Source of the DNA: an uncultured Thermotogae bacterium
GTDB lineage: Bacteria; Bipolaricaulota; Bipolaricaulia; UBA7950; UBA9294
Assembly: GCA_964568045.1 (NCBI GenBank)
Contig: CAZMOL010000031.1
Span: 1 to 17,266, forward strand
Reading direction: 5' to 3'
Length of the DNA stretch: 17,266 nucleotides
Shown here piece after piece: positions 1 through 9,000 of this stretch. Both the position numbers and the translations under genes were made by a program. The first letter of the stretch is position 1. Every line of letters begins with the position of its first letter. The notes beneath the pieces were generated by a model, which was not told the DNA's origin, searched no databases, and saw nothing but the letters and a program-made list of their open reading frames with translations.

Positions 1-195
1 GATCTGACTGCACAGCGGGAGAGCACACGGGCAACGCTCACCTCAATCCAGGAGGTAAACCGTTGGCTGGGCTTTGAGATCGAGAAGGCGTTTTCCCTCG
101 AACGGGTCTCACGCCTCGCCCGAGACAGACTCCACATGGTCGAACCGACAAACATCCGCTATGTCCGCCTTGTTCCCGACCCGAGACAGCCATAA
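1..195 (+). CDS. 3' fragment of an FtsL-like cell-division (septum formation initiator) protein; the 5' end lies outside the window
   Basis: Frame 1 is open from nt 1 to a TAA at 193-195, giving ...LGFEIEKAFSLERVSRLARDRLHMVEPTNIRYVRLVPDPRQP*. The block L-x-R-V-x-x-L-A-R-x-x-L-x-M-V-x-P followed by I/V-rich residues resembles FtsL/DivIC C-termini. It sits directly upstream of, and overlaps, a class B PBP gene, which is the canonical ftsL-ftsI order. Not in the supplied ORF track because there is no start codon in the window. Confidence 0.4.
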   Translation, partial: DLTAQRESTRATLTSIQEVNRWLGFEIEKAFSLERVSRLARDRLHMVEPTNIRYVRLVPDPRQP

Positions 196-1879
196 GAAGG
201 AAACAACGCTCAATAGGAGAGCGACGTGCCTCATTGGATTTGTGGCGCTTGCCGCTCTTCTGCTCGTTGGCCGGCTGGTGCAACTACAAGGCATAGAGCA
301 CGCTCGCTGGAGTGCTGCAGCTTCCGCGATTCAGGAACAGACCATCGAAGTCCTCCCGCAACGAGGGACCATCTATGACCGAAACGGAACCCCACTTGCC
401 TACGACGTAAAAGCAGTAGCCATCGCTATTGACAGCTTCAATATGACCAAGCCGGAAACCCTCATCGGCATTCTGGCAGAAGAACTCGACCTATCGATCG
501 ATTTACTGGAAGATCGGCTATATCGACCGAGCTACTTCACCTGGATCGATCGCAAGGTCAGTTTGGAAGCGGCTCGGGCGATCAGGCAGCGCAGCAGAGA
601 GGAAGGTGCCTACGGACTGGTCTTCATCGATACCTGGAAACGCTGCTATCCCCAAACGACCCTCGCCTCAAACCTCATCGGTTTTGTCGGAACAGACGGA
701 GAAGGCTTGGAGGGAATGGAACTCGCCTTCGACCAGCTGCTCGCGGGGAGCCCGACACAGGTACATCTTGTTGAAGGGGCAGACGGCCGCATCTACCGCA
801 CCGAGACACTCGTAGAGGGAGAGCCGGGCGGTGATCTATATCTGACGATCGACGCGCGACTTCAGTATCTCTGCGAGGACGCGATCGATCGGGGCGTCAG
901 CACGTTCAAAGCGCAGCGTGGGTTCATCGTCCTGCTTGATCCAAACTCTGGCGACGTACTGGCAATGGCACAGGATCGCCGCGTAGACCTCAATCGCTTC
1001 CAGCAATCGTCGGCCGAGGATCGTCGCAATCTAGTAGTCGGCTATATGTTTGAGCCCGGCTCGTCTTTCAAGGCATTCGCCGGTCTGGCAGCGCTGGACT
1101 GTGGCTCGGTGCGGGTCGATGATCAATTCAACGGCGATGATGGCATTCGCGTTGGCGGACACACGATGCACAACGCTGAGAACCGCTCATTCGGTACGGT
1201 CACCTTTGCCGAGGTCATCGAGAAATCGATCAATACAGGCATGGTGCGCGTTGCCCTGGAGCTTGGTAAGGAGCAGCTGCAACCGTATCTGGTGAGTTTC
1301 GGTTTCGGAGAGAAGACGGGGCTTAGGCTCCCCGGTGAAGAGGCAGGCATCCTACGCGATGCGAAGGATTGGTCGCAGCTCGATTTAGCCGCCGCCTCAA
1401 TCGGCCAATCGGTTGGCGTTACCGGGATCCAACTCGCCCGGGCGATGGCAGCAATCGCCAACGGCGGGTCACTACTTGCCCCTCGCATCGTTTGTGATAC
1501 CAAAGGGGGCAATCAGCAACCCGTGGTTCTGCGACGGGTTGCCTCACAAACGAGCTGCGCCACCATGTGCGAGTTGCTTCGTCGAGTGATAGAAAGCGGA
1601 ACCGGAACCTGGGCCGCGGTCCCGGGATTCGCTGCCGCCGCGAAAACGGGAACCGCCCAGAAGGCCTTCCCCGGCCGCGGCTACGTTTCAGGAAAGTACA
1701 CCTCGCTGATCGCCGGCTTCCTACCCGTAGACGATCCGGCCTACGTGGCCGTTGTCGTCCTTGACGAAGTGGGAACCGATCCTGTGTGGGGCGGATACAC
1801 CGCCGGCCAGATCTTCGGGGATGCGATGTCACGAATAGTGAAGTTGGAACACCTACCCCCGGTGGCGGCCCTCCAGTGA
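161..1879 (+). CDS. ftsI: Class B penicillin-binding protein / peptidoglycan D,D-transpeptidase (FtsI/PBP2-like)
   Basis: The 601-aa ORF 74..1879 has one N-terminal transmembrane helix (CLIGFVALAALLLVGRLV) and the three transpeptidase motifs SxxK (GSSFKAF), SxN (KSINTG) and KTG (KTGTAQ). The start is uncertain: ATG at 161 leaves a 22-aa cytoplasmic tail before the TM helix, while TTG at 74 is the ORF-track alternative. The GGAGG at 51-55 is too far upstream for either. Stop TGA at 1877-1879. Confidence 0.85.
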   Translation: MSALFPTRDSHKKETTLNRRATCLIGFVALAALLLVGRLVQLQGIEHARWSAAASAIQEQTIEVLPQRGTIYDRNGTPLAYDVKAVAIAIDSFNMTKPETLIGILAEELDLSIDLLEDRLYRPSYFTWIDRKVSLEAARAIRQRSREEGAYGLVFIDTWKRCYPQTTLASNLIGFVGTDGEGLEGMELAFDQLLAGSPTQVHLVEGADGRIYRTETLVEGEPGGDLYLTIDARLQYLCEDAIDRGVSTFKAQRGFIVLLDPNSGDVLAMAQDRRVDLNRFQQSSAEDRRNLVVGYMFEPGSSFKAFAGLAALDCGSVRVDDQFNGDDGIRVGGHTMHNAENRSFGTVTFAEVIEKSINTGMVRVALELGKEQLQPYLVSFGFGEKTGLRLPGEEAGILRDAKDWSQLDLAAASIGQSVGVTGIQLARAMAAIANGGSLLAPRIVCDTKGGNQQPVVLRRVASQTSCATMCELLRRVIESGTGTWAAVPGFAAAAKTGTAQKAFPGRGYVSGKYTSLIAGFLPVDDPAYVAVVVLDEVGTDPVWGGYTAGQIFGDAMSRIVKLEHLPPVAALQ

Positions 1880-1880
1880 T

Positions 1881-3725
1881 CTAGCGTCGTAGGGTAATGG
1901 CAAGCATGGACAGATCCGCCTGGGAGATGCCGGGAACGCGAGAGGCCTGGCCGAACGAGCGCGGCCTCACCCGGCCGAGAAGCTCCCTTCCCTCGATGGA
2001 GAGATTACACAACCTGGAGTAGTCCAAATCTGTTGGGATACGAAGCGTCTCCAGACGCCGCAACCGGCTGATCTCCCGCTCTTGCTGGGCGAGATACCCT
2101 GCGTACTTGGCCTCGATCTCGACCTCGCTTCTCACATCGTCAGGAAAGCCGTTTAACGGAAGCAGATCGTCCAAACGAAGTTGCGGCCGCTGCAAAAGGT
2201 CATACAGGCTCGCCCCGTTCTCTTGCAGCGGTGTGGTCCCCCGTGCCTGTAGGACACGATTCAACGGGTGCTGTGGGCTGATGCGCCGTCCTCTCAACTG
2301 CGACAGCAACTCGCGGATCGCCGCGGCTCGTTTGAGGACCTTGGCGTAGCGTTCATCGGCAAGGAGCCCTATCTCATGGCCGAGTTCGGCCAGCCGTAGA
2401 TCGGCGTTTCCCTCGCGTAGAGTGATCCGATACTCTGCCCGGGAGGGGAGCATACGGTAGGGCTCGGTGACCCCCTTGGTCACCAGATCATCGACCAACA
2501 CGCCGATGAACGCCTGCCCGCGCGAGAGGATGAGCGGCTCCTCGCCTTTCACACGGCGGGCGGCGTTGACCCCGGCGAGCAACCCTTGGGCAGCGGCTTC
2601 CTCGTAGCCGGTTGTACCGTTGATCTGACCGGCAAGAATCAACCCCTCGACTCCCCGCACTTCAAGCGAGGCGGCAAGCTGGGTCGGATCGACGTAGTCG
2701 TATTCGATCTTGTAGCCGTAGCGTTCAATTCGGGCACGCTCCAGACCGGGCACGCTGTGAACGATCCTCTCTTGGATCTCCGGAGGAAATGACGTGTAGA
2801 TCCCTTGCAGATAGACCTCAGCCGTATACCGCCCTTCCGGCTCGAGGAAGACCTTGTGACTTTTTCGAGCGGGAAACTTGACGATCTTGCTTTCAAGCGA
2901 GGGGCAATTCCGTGGCCCCACACCGGCAAGCAGGCCGCTGTAGGTGGGGCTGCGGTGCAGATTCTCACGAATGATGGCGTGGGTCTCCTCGGTGGTATGA
3001 CTGACGTAGACCGGATAGTCCTTGGAAAGGCAAACCGGCTTATCCCAGAAAGAGAAGGCCAACGGGACGTCACTGGTATCCTGTGTGGCCAGGTCGGACG
3101 TGTCGATCGAGTGGCAGTTCACCCGGGGGGTGGTTCCGGTGTTCAGTCGATCCATTCGAAGTCCGAGCCTCCGCAGCGACGCAGATAGCCCGACCGCGGG
3201 CGGCTCACCGCTGCGCCCGGCCGGGTAGGCAACGTCTCCAATGAGGACTCTTCCATTCAAGAACGTCCCCGTTGCCAGGATCACAGCCTTCGTCCCAAGC
3301 CTAAGACCTTCGCGCAAGCGCACGGCGGTGACCCTGCCTTCGTTGACCGCCACGTCCTCGACCATCCCCTCGATCAGGTCGACCCCGTCAGTACGTTCAA
3401 GCAGGTTCTTCCACAACAGCTTGTACTGAATTCGGTCTGCTTGAGCGCGGCGGACCTGCATCGCCGGACCCTTGCTTGTATTGAGCAGCCGGATGTTGAG
3501 CGCGGCTTGATCGGTGAGTCTTGCCATCTGGCCACCGAGAGCGTCGATCTCGCGAACCAGTTGAGATTTTCCCGGGCCTCCGATCGCGGGGTTACACGGC
3601 ATGTTGCCGATTTCGGAAAGATTGATCGTGACAAGCGCGGTGGCGACTCCGAGCCTCGCGGCGGCAAGCGCGGCTTCACAGCCGGCATGCCCGGCCCCGA
3701 CCACCACAAGGTCGTAGCTTCTCAT
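1881..3725 (-). CDS. mnmG: tRNA uridine 5-carboxymethylaminomethyl modification enzyme MnmG (GidA)
   Basis: 614 aa with N-terminal FAD-binding motif YDLVVVGAGHAGCEAALAAARLG and typical GidA length. Starts 3 nt after the stop of the upstream SPFH gene, consistent with translational coupling. Confidence 0.95.
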   Translation of the reverse strand: MRSYDLVVVGAGHAGCEAALAAARLGVATALVTINLSEIGNMPCNPAIGGPGKSQLVREIDALGGQMARLTDQAALNIRLLNTSKGPAMQVRRAQADRIQYKLLWKNLLERTDGVDLIEGMVEDVAVNEGRVTAVRLREGLRLGTKAVILATGTFLNGRVLIGDVAYPAGRSGEPPAVGLSASLRRLGLRMDRLNTGTTPRVNCHSIDTSDLATQDTSDVPLAFSFWDKPVCLSKDYPVYVSHTTEETHAIIRENLHRSPTYSGLLAGVGPRNCPSLESKIVKFPARKSHKVFLEPEGRYTAEVYLQGIYTSFPPEIQERIVHSVPGLERARIERYGYKIEYDYVDPTQLAASLEVRGVEGLILAGQINGTTGYEEAAAQGLLAGVNAARRVKGEEPLILSRGQAFIGVLVDDLVTKGVTEPYRMLPSRAEYRITLREGNADLRLAELGHEIGLLADERYAKVLKRAAAIRELLSQLRGRRISPQHPLNRVLQARGTTPLQENGASLYDLLQRPQLRLDDLLPLNGFPDDVRSEVEIEAKYAGYLAQQEREISRLRRLETLRIPTDLDYSRLCNLSIEGRELLGRVRPRSFGQASRVPGISQADLSMLAITLRR

Positions 3726-3728
3726 CGA

Positions 3729-4481
3729 TTATTCGCTGGACATTCCCTTCTGAAGTACCTTGAACAGGTCGACCGGAACCGGGAAAACGATAGTGGTCGC
3801 GTTCTCCGCCGAGATGTCGTTTAGCGTCTGCAGGTAACGAAGCTGCAGGGCAGCAGGGTTTTTCTGAATGATCCCCGCGGCCTCGGAGAGTTTTGTCGCT
3901 GCCTGGAGTTCTCCCTCGGCGGCGATAACCTTGGCGCGACGTTCGCGTTCGGCCTCGGCCTGCCGGCCAATCGCTCGCTGCATGTCTTTGGGAATCGTCA
4001 CGTCCTTGATCTCCACCGTCTTGACCTTAATTCCCCACGGATCGGTCTGCTCGTCGATGATCTCCTGCAGCTGTAGGTTGATCCTATCCCGTTCACTCAA
4101 AACCTGATCGAGCTCCACTCCGCCGACCACGCTGCGCAGCGTAGTCATCGCGATCTGCCGCGTCGCTTCAATGTAATTCTGCACCTCGACGACCGCAGCA
4201 CTGGGATCGATCACGCGGAAGAAGAGGACGGCATTGACGCTTGCCGTAACGTTGTCTTTGGTGATGACCTCCTGCGGGGGTACATCGAGGGTCACCACAC
4301 GCAGCGTGACCTTCACCATCTTGTCGACGATCGGGATGATGAAGAAGAGCCCCGGTCCCTTGGCACCGACGAGCCGCCCAAGACGGAAGATCACTCCACG
4401 CTCGTACTCCCGCACGATTCGAATGGCGTTCATCAAGAAAAGCACAATGATCGCAACGATCGCCCCGATAGTTATTGCCAT
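3729..4481 (-). CDS. SPFH/band-7 family membrane protein (stomatin/prohibitin-like)
   Basis: N-terminal TM helix ([18 protein letters not shown]) followed by the stomatin signature [17 protein letters not shown] and a coiled-coil Glu/Arg/Ala-rich C-terminus. Start ATG at 4481, chosen over the ORF-track upstream Met at 4538 because of the strong SD AAGGAGGG 9 nt upstream (minus sense: agaaggagggaatacgaaaATG). Confidence 0.85.
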   Translation of the reverse strand: MAITIGAIVAIIVLFLMNAIRIVREYERGVIFRLGRLVGAKGPGLFFIIPIVDKMVKVTLRVVTLDVPPQEVITKDNVTASVNAVLFFRVIDPSAAVVEVQNYIEATRQIAMTTLRSVVGGVELDQVLSERDRINLQLQEIIDEQTDPWGIKVKTVEIKDVTIPKDMQRAIGRQAEAERERRAKVIAAEGELQAATKLSEAAGIIQKNPAALQLRYLQTLNDISAENATTIVFPVPVDLFKVLQKGMSSE

Positions 4482-4520
4482 TTTCGTATTCCCTCCTTCT
4501 TTTAGGTTTCTTCTTTGCCG

Positions 4521-4549
4521 ATCATAGACGCAGGGCAAACGAATGTCAA
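4521..4549 (-). promoter_or_regulatory. Sigma70-type promoter for the SPFH-mnmG operon: -35 TTGACA (4549..4544), 17-nt spacer, -10 TATGAT (4526..4521)
   Basis: Read on the minus strand: TTGACAttcgtttgccctgcgtcTATGAT. The -35 is a perfect consensus, the spacer is 17 nt, and the -10 satisfies TAnnnT. It lies about 40 nt upstream of the SPFH ATG. Confidence 0.5.
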
Positions 4550-4552
4550 TCG

Positions 4553-4580
4553 TTTACTAAAATCGGAATGGCGATAGAAT
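4553..4580 (+). promoter_or_regulatory. Candidate promoter for tpiA: -35 TTTACT (4553-4558), 16-nt spacer, -10 TAGAAT (4575-4580)
   Basis: Hexamers seen in the divergent intergenic region 4482-4603. The -10 is a good match to TATAAT; the -35 matches the consensus at 4 of 6 positions. The SD AAAGGAGG at 4592-4599 precedes the ATG at 4604. Confidence 0.3.
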
Positions 4581-4603
4581 GACGGACGGCTAAAGGAGGA
4601 AGC

Positions 4604-5377
4604 ATGAACAGACGAGTACTGATTGCAGGAAATTGGAAGATGAACAAGACCCCCACTGAGACAGAAGCGTTTCTTGATGCTTTCTTGAAGCTTCTCATAG
4701 TACATGAGAATGTGGAAGTACTGTTGCTCCCTCCGTTTACGAGCCTGGATTGTGCCGGAAGGCTGCTTGCCGAGACAACGATTTCCTTGGGCGCCCAGGA
4801 CCTGCACTTCGAGCAAGCCGGCGCATTCACCGGGGGGATCTCCGCGGAGATGCTCCGTTCTTGTGGGTGCAGCTACGTTCTCGTCGGCCACTCCGAGCGT
4901 CGAACGCTGTTCCACGAGGACGATCGGCTGATCAATCGGAAGCTGCAGACCGCGCTTGCCGCAGATCTTTCTCCAATCTTGTGTGTGGGAGAAACGATTG
5001 AGGAACACCATCAGGGTCGAGTGGAAGAGCGAATCACCGCTCAGCTGGCCGCGGATCTTCACGATGTGGACAAAAAGGAAATTAGCTCCATTGTGATCGC
5101 CTATGAGCCAATCTGGGCGATCGGCACGGGCGAGACCGCCACCCCGGAAGAAGCGGAGGAGACCATCTGCCTGATCCGCGAGTGGATCGCCGATGCCTAC
5201 GATGAGCGCAAAGCGGTCGCGGTGCGTATCCTGTACGGGGGAAGTGTGAACCCGGTGAACATCGCTTCCCTCATTGCTCAGTCCAACATAGATGGCGTTC
5301 TCGTCGGAGGGGCATCGCTCGATCCAGATTCTTTCGCTCGAATCGTCACTGCTGCTTGCTCTGGACGCTGGGTTTGA
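4604..5377 (+). CDS. tpiA: Triosephosphate isomerase
   Basis: 257 aa. N-terminal NWKMN motif with the catalytic Lys, the TIM signature AYEPIWAIGTG, and the C-terminal YGGSV phosphate-binding loop. SD AAAGGAGG lies 4 nt upstream of the ATG. Confidence 0.95.
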   Translation: MNRRVLIAGNWKMNKTPTETEAFLDAFLKLLIVHENVEVLLLPPFTSLDCAGRLLAETTISLGAQDLHFEQAGAFTGGISAEMLRSCGCSYVLVGHSERRTLFHEDDRLINRKLQTALAADLSPILCVGETIEEHHQGRVEERITAQLAADLHDVDKKEISSIVIAYEPIWAIGTGETATPEEAEETICLIREWIADAYDERKAVAVRILYGGSVNPVNIASLIAQSNIDGVLVGGASLDPDSFARIVTAACSGRWV

Positions 5378-5412
5378 CAAGCGGGTGTCATCTGAGTACG
5401 GTCCAACCTAGC

Positions 5413-5961
5413 ATGAAGATACTCCGAACGATCCCAAACCAAATCACCGTTGCCCGGATTGCTTGTGTGCCGTTGTTCATGTATCTCGTTCTCTCCCAGA
5501 CAAAGATCGGAACAATCCTTGCCATCATCATGTTCTTCTTGGCGGCCATCTCCGATGCCGTTGACGGCTATCTGGCACGAAGCCTCAACCAGACCTCGAA
5601 CTTCGGGATGTTCGCTGATCCAATCGCCGATAAGCTCCTCGTGGTGGGGGCGCTGATTTCGTTTATCCAATTGGGAGAGCTGACGGCGGCACCGGTGATG
5701 GTGATCGTGGCACGCGAGTTCCTTGTCACGGGCTTGCGTATCCTTGCCGTGGCTGAGGGGGAGATGATCTCAGCGAGTCTACTTGGAAAGTTGAAAACCC
5801 TCTCCCACATTGGGCTGGTGCTGGCCGTGCTGATCACTCGTTCCTTTCAGTTGGGGCCGGCCGGAGAGACCGCCCAGAATACCTGCCTATATCTGGCGAT
5901 CGCCCTTGCCCTCATCTCCGGGGCAGACTACTTCTACCGCTCGCGCCGGCTCTTTATCTGA
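5413..5961 (+). CDS. pgsA: CDP-alcohol phosphatidyltransferase, most likely CDP-diacylglycerol--glycerol-3-phosphate 3-phosphatidyltransferase
   Basis: Carries the CDP-OH phosphatidyltransferase motif DAVDGYLAR-x8-GMFADPIADK (D-G-x2-A-R-x8-G-x3-D-x3-D), has multiple TM helices, and its size matches PgsA (183 aa). I chose the ATG at 5413 (MKILRTIPNQITVARI, the typical PgsA N-terminus) over the ORF-track start at 5356, which would overlap tpiA. No obvious SD is present. Confidence 0.75.
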   Translation: MKILRTIPNQITVARIACVPLFMYLVLSQTKIGTILAIIMFFLAAISDAVDGYLARSLNQTSNFGMFADPIADKLLVVGALISFIQLGELTAAPVMVIVAREFLVTGLRILAVAEGEMISASLLGKLKTLSHIGLVLAVLITRSFQLGPAGETAQNTCLYLAIALALISGADYFYRSRRLFI

Positions 5962-5996
5962 TAGTAGACCCCTTTGTCCGGCAAACAGGTAACAAA

Positions 5997-6004
5997 CCCC
6001 CCCC
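5997..6004. repeat. Homopolymeric C8 tract 69 nt upstream of the giant surface-protein gene
   Basis: acaaaCCCCCCCCaatgtcTTGACC. Eight consecutive C residues sit immediately 5' of a TTGACC -35-like hexamer at 6011-6016. Confidence 0.9.
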
Positions 6005-6072
6005 AATGTCTTGACCCCGATTACCAAAACAGTCGCCGGCATTTGTGATCCTTGAGATAAGAGGGTTAACGC

Positions 6073-9000
6073 ATGATGCGAAAAACGGCAAGGGCTTATT
6101 CAGTCCTTCCTTTCAGTCTTCTACTCTGTCTCATCGTGGCGGCCGTTGCCAGCGGCGGGCCGTTGGCGATCGGGCAACAGGCAATCCCTGATCCTGTCGC
6201 CCGCGGCGAGATTCTCACCTTTGCCGTCGCGATAACCAATACCGGTGCAGTTGCCGTGACCGATCTGATCTTCCAAGACCCGCTGCCTACGGGAATAGAC
6301 CAGTTAAACGCGGAGTACAGGCTGAATGGAGGAGGCTGGACGGCCTTTCCGGTAAACGGAATCATCCCCTTGGGAACAATCGACGGTGGAAACGCCGTAA
6401 GCGTTGAGATTCAGGCACGAATCGAGCATTCCGCTCCCGGCAGTCTCGCAAACACAATCACTGTATCGGACAATTCGGGACCGCTGGCAAGCTCAACCCT
6501 TGTAGCCAACGTGCTCCCCTCAGTCGATGCGGGTGCGGACAAGATCGTCGGCTTAGGCGGCGATATCATACTCTCTGATGCCTCGGCAGGAGACGGAGGC
6601 GATGGGATCGCCGTATATTCATGGAGCGATAACGGCGGAGGGGGGAGTTTCGACGATCACACCGCACTTCACACAACGTACACCGCGCCTGGATTAAGTG
6701 GGGTTGTCACCCTGACATTGACGGTTACCGACCACCAGGGCGGGCAGGCGAGCGATTCGTTGCGGGTGCGGGTGAACACCTTCCCCACAGTCGATGCTGG
6801 TGCGGACCGGTCGGTCGATGAAGGAGCACCTGTTACACTCTCCGACGCCGTTGCGAGTGACAGCGACGGCTGGATTACCTCCATCCTATGGGATGATCGC
6901 GGAGCTGGAGGAACTTTCTCCCCTTCGCCCAACGTCATGAACCCCTCCTACACTGCCCCTGTCACACAGAGCTGCAATGGAGAGGATCTCACGCTAACTC
7001 TCACCGTCGCCGATAACTGGGGTGCGCAGGCGAGCGACACCCTCACTCTGCACGTGACAAACGTTAACGTCGCTCCCGTAGCTGATGCTGGAGTGGATCA
7101 AATCGTTCCGGGGGGAGAGACTGTTGCGCTTGATGGCAGTGGAAGTGACCCCGACGGACAGATCGTCAGCTTCGCTTGGGAGCAACTCAGCGGTCCAGTA
7201 GTCACGTTGAGTGAACCGAACACGACCCAACCAAGCTTCGTCACTCCGTCCGTCTCTGCCAATACCACCTTCCGGTTCCGGCTTACGGTAACCGACAACT
7301 GCGGGGCAAGTGCGACCGATGAGGTGGAGGTAACCGTTGAGCCGGGCATACCCCCCGGCGCAGCAGAGATCTCGGTGATCAAAGTGGCCGATCGATCGGC
7401 TGCGTCACTCGGAGATCGCATCACCTACACCTATACAGTGACGAACACCGGTGAAGTGACACTGTATGAGGTGAGGCTGACCGATGACAAGCTCGGAGAT
7501 CTACATCTTGGTTTGGATCGTCTCGCCGCCGGCGATACTACAACCGCGACCGTCGGTGCTACAGTCGCGGAATCCGATCTCCCCGGACCGCTGGTGAACA
7601 CGGCAACGGCCGCCGCACTGGATGAGACCGGAACACCTGTCACCGCTGCCGCTACGGCGTCCGTGCAGCTTCTAGACCCTTCCACGAAACGTTCATCTAT
7701 CGAGGTCCGCAAGGAGGCGCATGATGCCCGAGGCTTTCCCCTGTCATCCCTTTCCCCGCTCGTGCTGGGAGATACAATCACCTACGTATTCACGGTGACC
7801 AACACCGGCGAGACGAACCTTACCGATATCGTCGCCATAGACGATCTTTTGGGCACTGTTGCGCTTGACCGCAGCACCCTTGGTCCGTGGGAGAACACGC
7901 GCGGCACATTGGAAAAGTCAATACAGGAAAGCGATTTTCCCGGTCCCCTCAAGAACACAATGGTAGCTACTGCCATCACTCCGACTGGACAAACGGTCAC
8001 GGACAGCTCCACTCTCAGTCTGCTTGGCTTGTCCGGACAAACCAAGCTGGAACTGGCAGTGGAGGCCAACACGGATCGGGCCACAGTCGATGGGACAATC
8101 GTCTTCACCTACACCATCGACAACCAGGGAGACACTACGGTCTCCGAACTCCGGCTCATCGATGACCTATCCGGTGTGATCCCACTACCTACGACCGTAC
8201 TACCTCCAGGTGAGACACTCGCTGTGTCATCGCACTACGACATCACCGGCGAGGACCTTTCGGCGCCACTGACCGATACGGCAACAACAACTGGGGTCGA
8301 CCTATTCGGCGAGACAGTCTCCGCCGAGAGCGCACCATTGGTCATCTTCCTGGATGAGGTCGCTGACGAGAGCGCTCGTCTTTACGGCGAAAGCGGTGTT
8401 GCCGGTGCAGGAGGCGTCCTGGAAGGGACAGGCACCGCAAACGAAAAGGTGATCATCAATGAGATCGCCTGGGCGGGAACACCTGCTTCTCCCAGCGATG
8501 AGTGGATCGAACTGCGGAACCTTGGCACAATGCCCGTAGACTTAAGCGGTTGGTGTCTGTGTTGGTACCAGAAGGGTGGAACCGTCCCCGATCAGGATCT
8601 GTGGCATCGCATTGAACTTTCAGGCTTCATTGAAGCTTCTCCGATAGATCTGTCGGTCCGCCGCTGGGGAAGACCGGAGATCACCTTCGTGAAAAGGAAA
8701 GGGGATGATATCTCCTGGCAGGTGTTGGACATGTCGTGGTGGGTCGCCGGAAAAGACGGGTTTGAGGGACGCGGATATTACCTACTCGAAAGGAAGCACG
8801 ACGGGGTGGTTGGCAACGTTATTGCCGATCTGATCTACGATATCGATCCGCCTCATGTCCTCGACCTTCCCGATGCAGGTGCAGTGATGCTGCTCCTGAA
8901 TGCAGCCGGTGAGGTTGTAGACAGGGCAAACTCTGAGTACACCGATCGCGCTGGTTGGCCGGCCGGGAACGCACGGACAGGGGCGACCATGGAGCGTACA

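Noticed and set aside
74-160. TTG-74 start for the PBP gene, giving an 87-nt N-terminal extension
   Set aside because: There is no SD at a workable distance (GGAGG at 51-55 is 18 nt away). It would overlap the FtsL-like gene by 122 nt, and the extension is Arg/Ser-rich. ATG-161 gives a typical short cytoplasmic tail before the TM helix. The call is kept as an alternative, not excluded.
1419-1832. 137-aa Arg-rich minus ORF (and 1567..1764 plus) inside the PBP gene
   Set aside because: Extremely Arg-rich, a typical alternative-frame artefact of GC-rich coding DNA. The PBP frame carries the conserved KTG motif in this region.
4502-5380. 292-aa minus-strand ORF spanning the whole tpiA gene
   Set aside because: It is exactly antisense to a gene with unmistakable TIM motifs. 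The ORF is Arg/Ser-rich with no recognisable domain, and long antisense ORFs are expected in GC-rich DNA.
7098-8108. Several 80-116-aa minus-strand ORFs inside the giant surface-protein gene
   Set aside because: Antisense artefacts. The plus frame is continuous, has a signal peptide and recognisable repeats.
6523-8340. The regularly spaced repeats could have been a CRISPR array or a mobile-element repeat
   Set aside because: The repeats are 270-350 bp, lie in-frame within a single long ORF and encode PKD-like and DUF11-like protein modules. They show none of the CRISPR hallmarks: no repeats of about 30 bp and no unique spacers.
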